DNA of 55,177 nucleotides from the IMG/VR virus record IMGVR_UViG_3300023175_000047, positions 1 to 55,177 of that record. One strand, given 5' to 3'. The notes under the pieces were generated by a model, which saw nothing but the letters and a program-made list of their open reading frames with translations, was not told the DNA's origin and did not search any database. This DNA is from a virus (Duplodnaviria; Caudoviricetes). Numbering within the stretch: the first letter of the stretch is position 1; every line of letters begins with the position of its first letter. Below are positions 9,833 to 19,786 of this stretch, piece after piece. Position numbers and translations under genes: made by a program.

Positions 9833-12800
9833 TTGCCCGTACTTAATGTAAAGCCACAAAGTATTGATGTTGGTTCTTGTAAACCACCACAAAGAATTGA
9901 TGTAGGGTTAAGAGACCATCATCAAACATGGCTCGCCAATTACAATGAAATACGAACTGAAGTAAACAAAGCAACCTGTGATGCTGCGCCACGAACCATT
10001 GTCTATCGCAATCATCATGGTTCTATCGGAGCTAATGCAGTTTTTACAAGTGAACTTGTTCTTGGTTCAACAAATCCAAATGTTCCTGGAGTCGTCCCAC
10101 CCATTGTGATGAGTTCAACAGAATTCAAAACAAGCCCTGGTGTTACAACAACAATTCAAGGACCAGCTTTCTTTGGAAACACAACAACCTTTCAAGCAGG
10201 AAGCACAACATATTTTGAAGGTCCTTTATCCGCAAATGACACGGCTAACTTCAACGACCGTGTAAACTTTTATGGATACACGCATTTTCATCCATCAAGT
10301 ATTCTCAAGGTAGATGGTATCAGTTATTTTGATGAAGAGATGTTCATCAATGATAATGTTGATATGACAGGTGACCTAACATTAGTTGGTGACATTGCTC
10401 AAACTGGTAATACTGTAATTGATGGAAACTTAGATGTTGGTGATGACCTAATTGTTCGTGGAAATTTATCTGTTCTCGGTGACCATTCAACATTTGAAGT
10501 GAGTGACCTGAGAGTTGAAGATAAAAACATCATTGTCAATCACGGTGCGGTCAGTGCTGCTACAGATGCTGGTATTTGGTTTCAGCATTTTGTTGACACA
10601 AAAGCTGGTTACATGACAGTTGATGACTGGTCAACAGACTATCTCACATTCAAAGCACCAACTGCCTTTGAGATGAAAGTTGACATACCAGTTAAAGATG
10701 TTCTCTTTCGTTTAGAAGCAGACTTTGCCGCTGATCAAGAACTTCTCACAACATCAGACGTAGCACATCGTTCACTGCTTCTTGACAAATCATACACAAG
10801 ACACTTTGATGTTCCAAGTTACACACAACAACATGATCCGATAGCAAAGGATAAAGGTTGGTTGTCCACACCTTGGGTCTACACAAATGCTGTTGAATCA
10901 AATGATAATTTGACTGATGCGAATACAACTGGTCTTTACATGGGAACAACCTCATTCACAGTGCGTGATGAGGTTGCCTTGTATTCTCATGGTGAACATA
11001 AAATGTTCTTGAATCAGTTTGGTGATATTGGTTTCGGAACAAAGTTTCCAACAGCAGATTTACATTTGTTCAAAGAAGATCCTACCTTCCGTATTTCAAC
11101 AATTGATTATACTTCAAAAGCTACACTTTCATTCACAGACTTTAGTGAACGAATTGACACAGGCAGCATGTACCTTGAGTTTGATTCCTCAACAGGTGAC
11201 GGCTTACTTGAATTGACAACTCAAAGTCCTCTCAATCAATTTGCGATTTCAGTTGGAGGTTATCTAAAACAACCTGAAATCACCATCACAAATTCAACAA
11301 TCACCATTCATGATGATGTTGAAATCTATGGAAATGAATATGTCTCGAATGAATTGATTGTGGATAACACATTGTTTGTTCGTTCTCATTTAGTTGGTGT
11401 CAATCGCATTTCACCTGACGAAGCTTTAGATGTTTCAGGTAATATCAAAGGTGATAGTGATTTGATTCTCAATGGTCTTGAACCATTTGTTTTGATTGGA
11501 CCTTCAATCACTTCTCTTGAAAATATGGGAAGAAGTGGAATCGCAATTGAAGAACAAAGTCCTCTTGTTCAAATGACTGTAACAGAACCAAATTATCGAC
11601 ATGGCTCAATTCTTTATTTCAATGATTCAACTCATGATAAACATTGGGTAATGGGTACAGTCAATAATGGTTCAGCAATTGACTTAGGTAAAGCTCATGG
11701 GTCAACCATAAACACACCTGAATATGGTCTTGATGAATATCATGGTGAAACATTGATGCGAATTGATGAAACAGATCGAGTTCAATGGTATCTTGAATCA
11801 ACAGATTCCGATCCAGCAATGAGACTGAACACAAGAAATAACGGTGTTCATCTCTATCTTGGTGAACAAAATGATCTATTTGCATTAACAACTAATACCA
11901 CGTCCTACACTGCCAATTACTTCAGCTCGAGTGTGCAGTGGCACGGAGATTCTGCTACAGATACAATCGGTGAACTTACATATTTTCCAAATGGAAATGA
12001 TGATGGAGAGTTTGGTTCTTTCCGATTTTCAAGAACAGATGGTACAGTCAATCAAAGTGTTCCTTCTGCTAAAGTTGGTGCTAATCAATTCTTTGCAAAT
12101 GATAAAATTGGGATCTCACAAACAACACCTACCGCAGAACTACACATTACTAAAGACTATGCTGAAACTTTAGTTGAAACAGAAGATAGAGACACATTTG
12201 TTAAAGTTTCTGTAGATGATGCTACAAGTGAAGCAATTGTTCATGGGGAACATACTTCAGGAAGTTCATACTTTAAAATGAAAGCAACTAATCCTGCGAC
12301 TTTGGAATTAGTCTCCGACACTTATTCAATTGAACAATCAGCAGACCATTCCTCTGGAGAGTTAATTCTTAACTTGAGTGAAACTATTACTCCAGCTTCC
12401 TATATTGCAAAATCAGATACAACTGATACTGGTCATTACATAGAACGTCCACGAATGAAGTTAGCATTATCTCTTATGGATAATGCTGGTGCTCCTCAAG
12501 TGTACGAAAAAAGAAATTCAAAAACAACAGATTCTGTATTCGAACAAACAATTACAGACACTACGATCTATGAAGAATATCATGTAGATTTACAGAAAAA
12601 AGTATTAGATTTAAAAAACACATTTACAGCATATGAAGTGCTATCAGCAGGAAGTAATTACATTCAAAATTACATAGACTCTTCTACTCTTTATGCAAAT
12701 TCTACTATAAGCCTAGACAATGGATCAAGTATATCATTTGAGATAAGTGGTAATGATGTACGATGGATTAGTAGTAATCCTTTGAATAAATTTGAAATTC

Positions 12801-13834
12801 ATAATCGACAAGCTGATGGTAAATTAGACGTAGCGTTTAGTAGTGAAAGATATAAACTTGTACACACTAATCCAACAGATGTAGCGATCTATTGTGCTTA
12901 TCGTGATAAGTTTGTCATAAAGCTACCAACAACATTTGAATCACCAGTTTATTTCAATGATAAAGTAGTTGCAAATTCAAGTGTTGACATAGAAGGACCG
13001 CTTACTGTTGAGGGTCCTTCTCAATTCAATGACAGTGTAACTGTAGAAGGACCATTCACAGGAAATGGTGATGCTGTATTCAACAGCAAACTTATATCGA
13101 ATGATGAATTTATTTCAGAAGGAACAGCAGAATTCAATGAAGATGTAACATTTAATGATGAAGTAATATACTCTTCAACGTCAAATACAACATTTGATGG
13201 ACCAATTACATTCAATGAAGAGGTACATTATTCTGAAACGTCAAATACAACGTTTGATGGACCGAGCTATTTTAATGAAGATATTACTATAAATGAAGAT
13301 GCTACATTTACAGTCCATAGTGCAAATTCTAATTTTACAAATACTGTCAATTTTTATAGTAATACTATCTTCGAGGGAGATACTATTCTTGAAGGAGATA
13401 CTTATGTTGGTGGTGGTGGAATATCTTCTAATGACGATCCAGACTTCAAGTTGGCATGGAAAAAAGAAATCAGCAATGCTTCTGGTGTATCAGATGCTAT
13501 ATGCTTTTCTGGGTTCAATGCTAGTGTATTTTCTGTAATGGGTGATGTAGATATTTACATATATGATAAAGACTTTTCAAGTTCTCCATTTGGTGTAAGT
13601 TATCTTAACTTAAAAATAGCCGGTTATAAAATATCAGGACAAACTCTTAACATGACACTTCAAGAAACTCAAACCGCAATTGGTGATGATTACGCAAGTG
13701 CTTATACAAAAGTCCAGGGCAATTGTATTAAATTATACCCAGCAGTAAAAGCAAGTGACCCAACTCAAGATGCTGGAGCTTATGATTATAAAGTGATTTT
13801 TAGAGGAGTTATTAAAAACGGAGATTTGAGTTGA
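9833..13834 (+). CDS. Long tail fibre/spike-like beta-repeat protein
   Basis: TTG start with AAGGAGG SD; GDL-V-GNL-V-G and L-VEDKNI-VN motifs; G-IG-GT-P-LH repeats; F-G-F-periodic beta-helix-like stretches. Confidence 0.75.
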   Translation: MPVLNVKPQSIDVGSCKPPQRIDVGLRDHHQTWLANYNEIRTEVNKATCDAAPRTIVYRNHHGSIGANAVFTSELVLGSTNPNVPGVVPPIVMSSTEFKTSPGVTTTIQGPAFFGNTTTFQAGSTTYFEGPLSANDTANFNDRVNFYGYTHFHPSSILKVDGISYFDEEMFINDNVDMTGDLTLVGDIAQTGNTVIDGNLDVGDDLIVRGNLSVLGDHSTFEVSDLRVEDKNIIVNHGAVSAATDAGIWFQHFVDTKAGYMTVDDWSTDYLTFKAPTAFEMKVDIPVKDVLFRLEADFAADQELLTTSDVAHRSLLLDKSYTRHFDVPSYTQQHDPIAKDKGWLSTPWVYTNAVESNDNLTDANTTGLYMGTTSFTVRDEVALYSHGEHKMFLNQFGDIGFGTKFPTADLHLFKEDPTFRISTIDYTSKATLSFTDFSERIDTGSMYLEFDSSTGDGLLELTTQSPLNQFAISVGGYLKQPEITITNSTITIHDDVEIYGNEYVSNELIVDNTLFVRSHLVGVNRISPDEALDVSGNIKGDSDLILNGLEPFVLIGPSITSLENMGRSGIAIEEQSPLVQMTVTEPNYRHGSILYFNDSTHDKHWVMGTVNNGSAIDLGKAHGSTINTPEYGLDEYHGETLMRIDETDRVQWYLESTDSDPAMRLNTRNNGVHLYLGEQNDLFALTTNTTSYTANYFSSSVQWHGDSATDTIGELTYFPNGNDDGEFGSFRFSRTDGTVNQSVPSAKVGANQFFANDKIGISQTTPTAELHITKDYAETLVETEDRDTFVKVSVDDATSEAIVHGEHTSGSSYFKMKATNPATLELVSDTYSIEQSADHSSGELILNLSETITPASYIAKSDTTDTGHYIERPRMKLALSLMDNAGAPQVYEKRNSKTTDSVFEQTITDTTIYEEYHVDLQKKVLDLKNTFTAYEVLSAGSNYIQNYIDSSTLYANSTISLDNGSSISFEISGNDVRWISSNPLNKFEIHNRQADGKLDVAFSSERYKLVHTNPTDVAIYCAYRDKFVIKLPTTFESPVYFNDKVVANSSVDIEGPLTVEGPSQFNDSVTVEGPFTGNGDAVFNSKLISNDEFISEGTAEFNEDVTFNDEVIYSSTSNTTFDGPITFNEEVHYSETSNTTFDGPSYFNEDITINEDATFTVHSANSNFTNTVNFYSNTIFEGDTILEGDTYVGGGGISSNDDPDFKLAWKKEISNASGVSDAICFSGFNASVFSVMGDVDIYIYDKDFSSSPFGVSYLNLKIAGYKISGQTLNMTLQETQTAIGDDYASAYTKVQGNCIKLYPAVKASDPTQDAGAYDYKVIFRGVIKNGDLS
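13130..13282 (+). repeat. 60-bp (20-aa) tandem duplication within the fibre gene
   Basis: AACGTCAAATACAAC(A/G)TTTGATGGACC recurs 60 nt apart (FNDEVIYSSTSNTTFDGPIT / FNEEVHYSETSNTTFDGPSY). Confidence 0.85.
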
Positions 13835-13886
13835 GAGGAATAAGTAGATGAAATATAAAGTGATTTTTAGAGGAGTTATTAAAAAC
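13787..13886 (+). repeat. Perfect 33-bp direct repeat, period 67
   Basis: TATAAAGTGATTTTTAGAGGAGTTATTAAAAAC at 13787-13819 and 13854-13886. Confidence 0.95.
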
Positions 13887-13901
13887 CGAGAAATGGAGTA
13901 A
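13848..13901 (+). CDS. 17-aa mini-ORF copying the C-terminus of the upstream fibre
   Basis: MKYKVIFRGVIKNREME; GAGAGGA SD upstream; stop 3 nt before the next ATG. Confidence 0.4.
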   Translation: MKYKVIFRGVIKNREME

Positions 13902-13904
13902 ACT

Positions 13905-15536
13905 ATGTTATTTCAAGAAAATATTGTTTCAGATGGAGCTACCACAGTCTATCAATATAAAGATCCGGCGGCAATTGACTCCAATGGTAATCTTAACACT
14001 TCACATCCATCAATACATTTTAATTTAAGTTTTACTATGCGTAATTCTGATGGTATGATGAACAACTTTCAAATAGGGAATCTTATATACATAACAGAAG
14101 CTACATATGGTAGTAATTTCCATTGTATTGATCCTTCGAAATATGAAACAGATCATAGGCGATGGTATAAATTTACATTACTATTTGGTGATAATGGGAT
14201 GCTAGTTGACCCTGATGCAAAATCAAATTATACGTCGGGTGGAGTACCTATTTCGGGTGGTCTGAAGATGGATGGAAATAGCCTCGTTAAGGCCTATTAT
14301 AATACCCCGGGAATATATCCAAGTGCTGCTGAACTTGCCAGCGGACAAATATCGCTTTATGCATCTACACGAAGCGGACTTTTAAGACAGGCCGATGATC
14401 CTGTAGCTGATTGGGTGGCAGGTACGGGCGCTTGTGATTGGACTATTAATTGTATTCATAACTTTACTCTTCCAGACCTAACAGCACCTACAATTACAGG
14501 CCCGAATTATCCTGCTTCTGATATTGTTATAGTAGGCTCAGAAAAGTATGTCAAATCAAATTCGATCACAGTTTCTTATTCAGCAACTGATACCGAATCT
14601 GGTGTTGCTGGAATTTGGATTGATGGAGTTCAAGCAAGTTCATCTGGAAGCGCATCAAAAACATATACAGGACCTACTCCTTTTACAACTGAAGCATACG
14701 CTGAAGACGTTGCGGGAAATCAATCAGCACCAACAAGTTCTGAATCTTTTAAATTTGATAATAATCCACCAACAGTTGCGATACAGGCTCAAAATCCAAA
14801 AGTAATTGGTGGTAAAGATTATTATAACGGTACTGTAGATATTCAAATAGACACGGATGATAATGAATCAGGTTTAGATAATGGTGACTTAATTATTAAT
14901 GGCACAACTACATCATTTACTACAACAACAGGACAGACAACTTATACAAAAACAATTGGTCCTGCTGATGGGATTATCGAAGGTGTAAATGCTGTTGAGT
15001 ATGTATCAAAAGATAAGGTAGGTAATCAAGATTCTGATACTGTAGTTTTTTATGTTGATAAGACTAAACCCGATGGATACATTATATTTTCAGCAGGAAA
15101 TAAAATACGCTCACGGGGTGGAACTTTATATACTAAAGAAACAAATGTTGATGTTGATTTACATTTTGGAGATGCTGGCGCCGATCCATCTGGTGTGACT
15201 AAAGGACTCATTCAAATTAACAACAGTGCTACACCTTCTGTTGGTAGTTTTGCAAGTGGTATAAGTTTATCTTCTTCACCAAAAACTTCACATAATGTCA
15301 CTGGACTTGTAAGTGGTCAAGTAAACACATTAACTTTTTTTGTAATAGATGCTGTTGATAACATATCAACAGGTGATACTATATCAGTAACTGTAGAGCA
15401 AGTAGATCCTTCGGGTTCAATACAAATTTCAAGCGCAGAAACACCGAAAATAACAAAATCAACTACAAATTATATTAACGATGGCGTTGTGGAACTAAAT
15501 GTAACTCATTCAGATTCAGAATCTGATTTATTTTAA
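13905..15536 (+). CDS. Ig-like repeat structural protein ending in a partial Ig domain
   Basis: Repeats D-P...D-ESG(V/L)...D-VGN-S; the last repeat stops at HSDSESDLF. Confidence 0.85.
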   Translation: MLFQENIVSDGATTVYQYKDPAAIDSNGNLNTSHPSIHFNLSFTMRNSDGMMNNFQIGNLIYITEATYGSNFHCIDPSKYETDHRRWYKFTLLFGDNGMLVDPDAKSNYTSGGVPISGGLKMDGNSLVKAYYNTPGIYPSAAELASGQISLYASTRSGLLRQADDPVADWVAGTGACDWTINCIHNFTLPDLTAPTITGPNYPASDIVIVGSEKYVKSNSITVSYSATDTESGVAGIWIDGVQASSSGSASKTYTGPTPFTTEAYAEDVAGNQSAPTSSESFKFDNNPPTVAIQAQNPKVIGGKDYYNGTVDIQIDTDDNESGLDNGDLIINGTTTSFTTTTGQTTYTKTIGPADGIIEGVNAVEYVSKDKVGNQDSDTVVFYVDKTKPDGYIIFSAGNKIRSRGGTLYTKETNVDVDLHFGDAGADPSGVTKGLIQINNSATPSVGSFASGISLSSSPKTSHNVTGLVSGQVNTLTFFVIDAVDNISTGDTISVTVEQVDPSGSIQISSAETPKITKSTTNYINDGVVELNVTHSDSESDLF

Positions 15537-15568
15537 GCTATCTCACACAATTATTTAAGGATTTTTGA

Positions 15569-18500
15569 ATGCCAACCGAAGTTTTACCTGTTGTTTATGG
15601 GGTTAGTAGTTGGTCTGTTAATTATATAACAGGCCATCCAATGTATCCTAAACCTTGGAATGTTATAGTTTGGCTTGAAGGTAATCTAACAGTAATAAAA
15701 GGATTTGATAGTGAAGCAGAGGCGATGGCTGTTACAGAAATTACCAAAGACACTTCATTCTTTCCCACTTTCACTGGGACTAAAGTAACAAGAGGTTCTA
15801 CAGAAATCCCGGCAGAAGCTACTAGTGTAAAAATTTATTCTGTAATTCATGATATGGGTGGAGGTGGAGGTGGATCTTCATGTGGAGATGGAACTCCAGA
15901 ACCACCATCGGGACAGTTAGGCAATAATGGTGTGGATGGTTGGACTAGAACACCAGGAGAGTTTAACAATGCAACAATTCGTGTCCAAGCCATTCATTGT
16001 ACAGGTGGTCCAGGTACAACTGTAGGTTCAGATACTCTTGCTGCAAAAGAATATTGGTTTGACTTTAAAGGGAATGGAACTGCCGGTGACATTAATTTTT
16101 ATGGATATTATATTCCTAAACTTCACGAAGTTGTTGATAATGGTTGGATACCAGATAAGACATGGGTATGGGTATGGACTGGAAATGCTGCGCCAACAGA
16201 AGGTCGTTCGACAGGTGATAGTCAAATCTTGTTACATATGTCCGAAATTGATAATAGGTGGGTACAGGTTTACATTGACAAAACACAAAATATCTTTAAA
16301 GTTTGTGGTGCGGAGTTAAGTTCTGGCGAAACACTGACCACTGGAACAAACTCGGCTCTTGGATTTCATCATGTGACTTTATCTCCTATGGATGGAAGTG
16401 GAGGCGGAGGAGGTGGAGGGGGTGGTGGCTCTACTTGTGCTGGTTGGGATGAATCTCAAGGAGTAACTGATTGGGTTGCTGGTCCGATTCAGGATTTGGA
16501 ATATTATTATCTTGCGGGTGGACCTGCTGAGAATGCTGGTGGAGGGTTTTTTGGACAAGTAGGATTACAACAAGATGGAAATGGATTTTATCATGATGAA
16601 GGAGATCCTGGTCAAGCATTAACAGTATTTAAAAATTCTACTCTAGCAAATATTATTGGTGCGGTCAAGCACATGTGGGCTAAAACTCCAATAACTCATG
16701 ACCCTTATTATGTTCTTACTGAAGGATTGAATGGATTTATAGTCGAAGGTTTTGAATTATCTAAGTTAGCTGATGCAAAAGCTGCCGCTCAGGCTTATTT
16801 TGATAGTGGATGGAGAGTAGTAACTATTGGCTTCTGCGGACCCGCCGGTTCTGATATTATATCTGCAACAGATATAGGAGGAACAAATTCAAGCGGTGAT
16901 GGCGGAGGCGGCGGAGGCGGCGGAGGCGGTGGTGGTGGTGGTGCTGGAAGTGGACCACCATATAGTTATACTTATTATGGTCAATCATCAAGTTGGACTA
17001 AAATTGGTTGTGTATCATTACCAGTTCAAGCCGTGCTTGGTGCTTCTATAAACAATGGTACAACAGATCCTATACCTGCTGGTAATTATTCAAGCGGTGA
17101 TTTTGAAATAATTCTCGATTCAAGTGCGCTAGCCGATTTTAAGAAAATATATCAAAGTTTTAATCCATCTGGAGCTATACCAGATCCTGTGTGGATATTA
17201 GATGCCGCAGGTTATCCAACTCAAACTGCCAATTTCTGGAATTGGTGGTCTGAAGCCGATGGTAAAGAATATTATCCGCCACAAACAATGGGTTCAACTG
17301 GTGGTTATGCTCTTGGGGCAAGAATAAAAGGAGCAAAGCCAGGTCTGATTCAGTGGTATTGGGATCATGCGGGAACAGTATTTGGTTTAACATTAAAAGG
17401 AGATATTCAAGTTGATGTAGACATACCTTATACTGGTTGGAACCTTGATATGTGTCTGCTTAAGTTCAATGCTTTGGCGGGACCTTATCCACCTAGTGGC
17501 GGCGGAGGCGGAGGCGGAGGCGGAGGCGGAGGCGGAGGTGGTGGCGTCCCGACATCCGTTACAGTTGCTCCAATCACACCACCAACTCAACCAAGTTTCG
17601 CAACAAGCGGTGGTTCAATTATATTAAAAACTGGTACAGCACCTTCATTCTCTGTTACACCACCAACATATGCTGAATTTGAAACTAGTGGTATACCAGT
17701 ATCTGGTGCTTCTACCGATCCTCTTTCTTATGCTAGTTTAACATTAAACATACTGAATCGTGTATTTTATTATCTAAGAGACATCGCAGGAAATATAAAA
17801 AGTGTTGGTTCTATTGATGTATATCCCGATACGGATGGACCTGAAATCACTAATGTTAATCTGACATTTAATAAACCACAACCTTATACTGTTGACTTTA
17901 ATGCTCCTGAAGTAGTTACCGCATCTGCGACATTTACGTTAAGAGATGTTGGTGTGGGTATCAAAGAATGGGCTTATGATGTTGGAGATGGTGTTTTACT
18001 ATACAGAACAGACCAAGTAACTAATGCTCCAAATACACCATATAATGTATCTGCGAGTAAAAGCTTTACAATATTTCCATATGTAATCAGTTCAATTAAT
18101 GTACCTTCAATGGTCACACAATCAGATACTAATAGCACAAATGGTTTAGTAGTGCTTCACGATAATATAGTTATTGATTGGTCTGATAATTTGTATGGAT
18201 ATGAATATGCTTTAAAATTTGTATTAGAATATGAATTAGAAGGATTTCAATGGCCGCATCCTTCTGATCCTGCTGGATCAGAGTTCCCATCAATATGTAA
18301 ATTAGATATTACATATAATAATGGAAGTACAACAGATGTTATCTATAGTGACGATTTGCAAAATATCGGACCAGGTCCTGCTCAAAACCCAAGTGCTTTG
18401 ATTAAAGTAGATAATGTAAATCCTAAAGAACTTTATGTTTTTCGAACGCCTTCTGATGAGTTAACAGGAACATTAGATATCATACTTTCACTAAAAGCAG

Positions 18501-19786
18501 GACCTACACATCCAACAACTTCGAAAGCATATGGTTCTTACAAGGCAAGATTTATTGAAAAACAAGTTGCTGTTGATGATAAGTATCCAGTTTTCATACG
18601 TGCTAAAGATGAATTTGATAATTACAGTTTTTATAAAGCAACTATTGATATAGTAAAAGATCCTTTTATATATTTCTTTGATATTACAAGTGTAGAAGTA
18701 AATAATTTAGCAGGTAATTACTATACAAATTTAGTAAATTTAAATGTAAGATTGAGTTATGTATCTGGCTCAAGAATTATTAGAAAACAAATATTATTAG
18801 TTCACAGAACGAGCGGAGTAATACATAGTCTTCATAATGTAAATCCAAATAATTTCTTTATAGGCGAGGAAAATCTAACATTGAATCTTTCTGGAAAAGA
18901 AGGGCCATTTTATCTTAGATTAGAAATTGAAGATTCTGCCGGTAGAAGTTCGAGTAAAGAATTTAATTTAAATAGAAATACAGTAGCTCCATTAATAAAT
19001 CCAGCAGTAGTAAATCCTACAACTCCTAAAAATGGTTCTGGTCAAGTAACTAGTGATTATACCGATGTAAGAGTAACTGTTACAAATGAAGTTACAGCTT
19101 ATTCTCCCTTATGGAAAGCAAGAGCGACTTTATCTTCAACACCTATTACTGCAGCTTCACTAAAAACATCACCAATCGATTTAATATCGAATACAAGTAG
19201 ACCATTTTATACAAACATGGTGTGGTTTGAAGAAAAACCACAGCCTTCAATGCAGGTAATATATATTCATGTGATGGATGTATGTAATAATATCACGACG
19301 TATACTTTGAATGTTATGACTAACTCTACATCATTAGTTCCTCTTGGTGATTTAACATCAACCGCAAGAGTCTATTATAAAAGTTCTACGGATCCAATAG
19401 ACCATCAATTGATGACTAAACCCAAACCAAGATTACTTAATACAGGTGATCCTGGTTTAACAGATAATGGAAGAATATTACAGTTAAATAAGGGTAGCAT
19501 TATTTTAGCACCTTATTTTGGAGGAGTACTTGCTTCACAAGCAGCATATACTCCTGACCCGCCCGCTGTTGTAGGAACAATTGTAAATACACAAGGTATG
19601 AAATTCTATTTCAATCGGAGACCATCGAAAGTTCATGATTATATGGATACAGAATATATTGATTATGATATGTCAGACCCGAATGAAGATGTTGGTGATG
19701 TAGCAAGAATTAAAAATGATGATATTATTTTTGAAGATACTGTATCTGATGGATCTAAAACAATTACTTTGGGAGATATATCATAA
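15569..19786 (+). CDS. Multidomain structural protein: four modules each followed by a poly-Gly linker, then Ig-like repeats
   Basis: Gly runs near 15857, 16400, 16901 and 17498; C-terminal half has LRDIAGN, AKDEFDN, IEDSAGR and VMDVCNN Ig-type strands. Confidence 0.85.
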   Translation: MPTEVLPVVYGVSSWSVNYITGHPMYPKPWNVIVWLEGNLTVIKGFDSEAEAMAVTEITKDTSFFPTFTGTKVTRGSTEIPAEATSVKIYSVIHDMGGGGGGSSCGDGTPEPPSGQLGNNGVDGWTRTPGEFNNATIRVQAIHCTGGPGTTVGSDTLAAKEYWFDFKGNGTAGDINFYGYYIPKLHEVVDNGWIPDKTWVWVWTGNAAPTEGRSTGDSQILLHMSEIDNRWVQVYIDKTQNIFKVCGAELSSGETLTTGTNSALGFHHVTLSPMDGSGGGGGGGGGGSTCAGWDESQGVTDWVAGPIQDLEYYYLAGGPAENAGGGFFGQVGLQQDGNGFYHDEGDPGQALTVFKNSTLANIIGAVKHMWAKTPITHDPYYVLTEGLNGFIVEGFELSKLADAKAAAQAYFDSGWRVVTIGFCGPAGSDIISATDIGGTNSSGDGGGGGGGGGGGGGGAGSGPPYSYTYYGQSSSWTKIGCVSLPVQAVLGASINNGTTDPIPAGNYSSGDFEIILDSSALADFKKIYQSFNPSGAIPDPVWILDAAGYPTQTANFWNWWSEADGKEYYPPQTMGSTGGYALGARIKGAKPGLIQWYWDHAGTVFGLTLKGDIQVDVDIPYTGWNLDMCLLKFNALAGPYPPSGGGGGGGGGGGGGGGGVPTSVTVAPITPPTQPSFATSGGSIILKTGTAPSFSVTPPTYAEFETSGIPVSGASTDPLSYASLTLNILNRVFYYLRDIAGNIKSVGSIDVYPDTDGPEITNVNLTFNKPQPYTVDFNAPEVVTASATFTLRDVGVGIKEWAYDVGDGVLLYRTDQVTNAPNTPYNVSASKSFTIFPYVISSINVPSMVTQSDTNSTNGLVVLHDNIVIDWSDNLYGYEYALKFVLEYELEGFQWPHPSDPAGSEFPSICKLDITYNNGSTTDVIYSDDLQNIGPGPAQNPSALIKVDNVNPKELYVFRTPSDELTGTLDIILSLKAGPTHPTTSKAYGSYKARFIEKQVAVDDKYPVFIRAKDEFDNYSFYKATIDIVKDPFIYFFDITSVEVNNLAGNYYTNLVNLNVRLSYVSGSRIIRKQILLVHRTSGVIHSLHNVNPNNFFIGEENLTLNLSGKEGPFYLRLEIEDSAGRSSSKEFNLNRNTVAPLINPAVVNPTTPKNGSGQVTSDYTDVRVTVTNEVTAYSPLWKARATLSSTPITAASLKTSPIDLISNTSRPFYTNMVWFEEKPQPSMQVIYIHVMDVCNNITTYTLNVMTNSTSLVPLGDLTSTARVYYKSSTDPIDHQLMTKPKPRLLNTGDPGLTDNGRILQLNKGSIILAPYFGGVLASQAAYTPDPPAVVGTIVNTQGMKFYFNRRPSKVHDYMDTEYIDYDMSDPNEDVGDVARIKNDDIIFEDTVSDGSKTITLGDIS
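17498..17545 (+). repeat. (GGCGGA)n microsatellite encoding poly-Gly
   Basis: Seen directly; similar runs at 16400-16429 and 16901-16942. Confidence 0.9.

Noticed and set aside
13787-13886. CRISPR mini-array (33-bp repeat, 34-bp spacer)
   Set aside because: Only two copies, non-palindromic, the first lies in coding sequence, and no cas genes are present
15569-17000. Intein/Hint domains starting at the Cys after Gly linkers
   Set aside because: No TxxH block or terminal HN-C/S/T motif was recognised
15526-17594. Classical group I or II intron explaining the split gene
   Set aside because: The insert is almost entirely protein-coding in frame with the downstream half, and lacks recognisable intron termini or core structure; the same holds for 30938..31898
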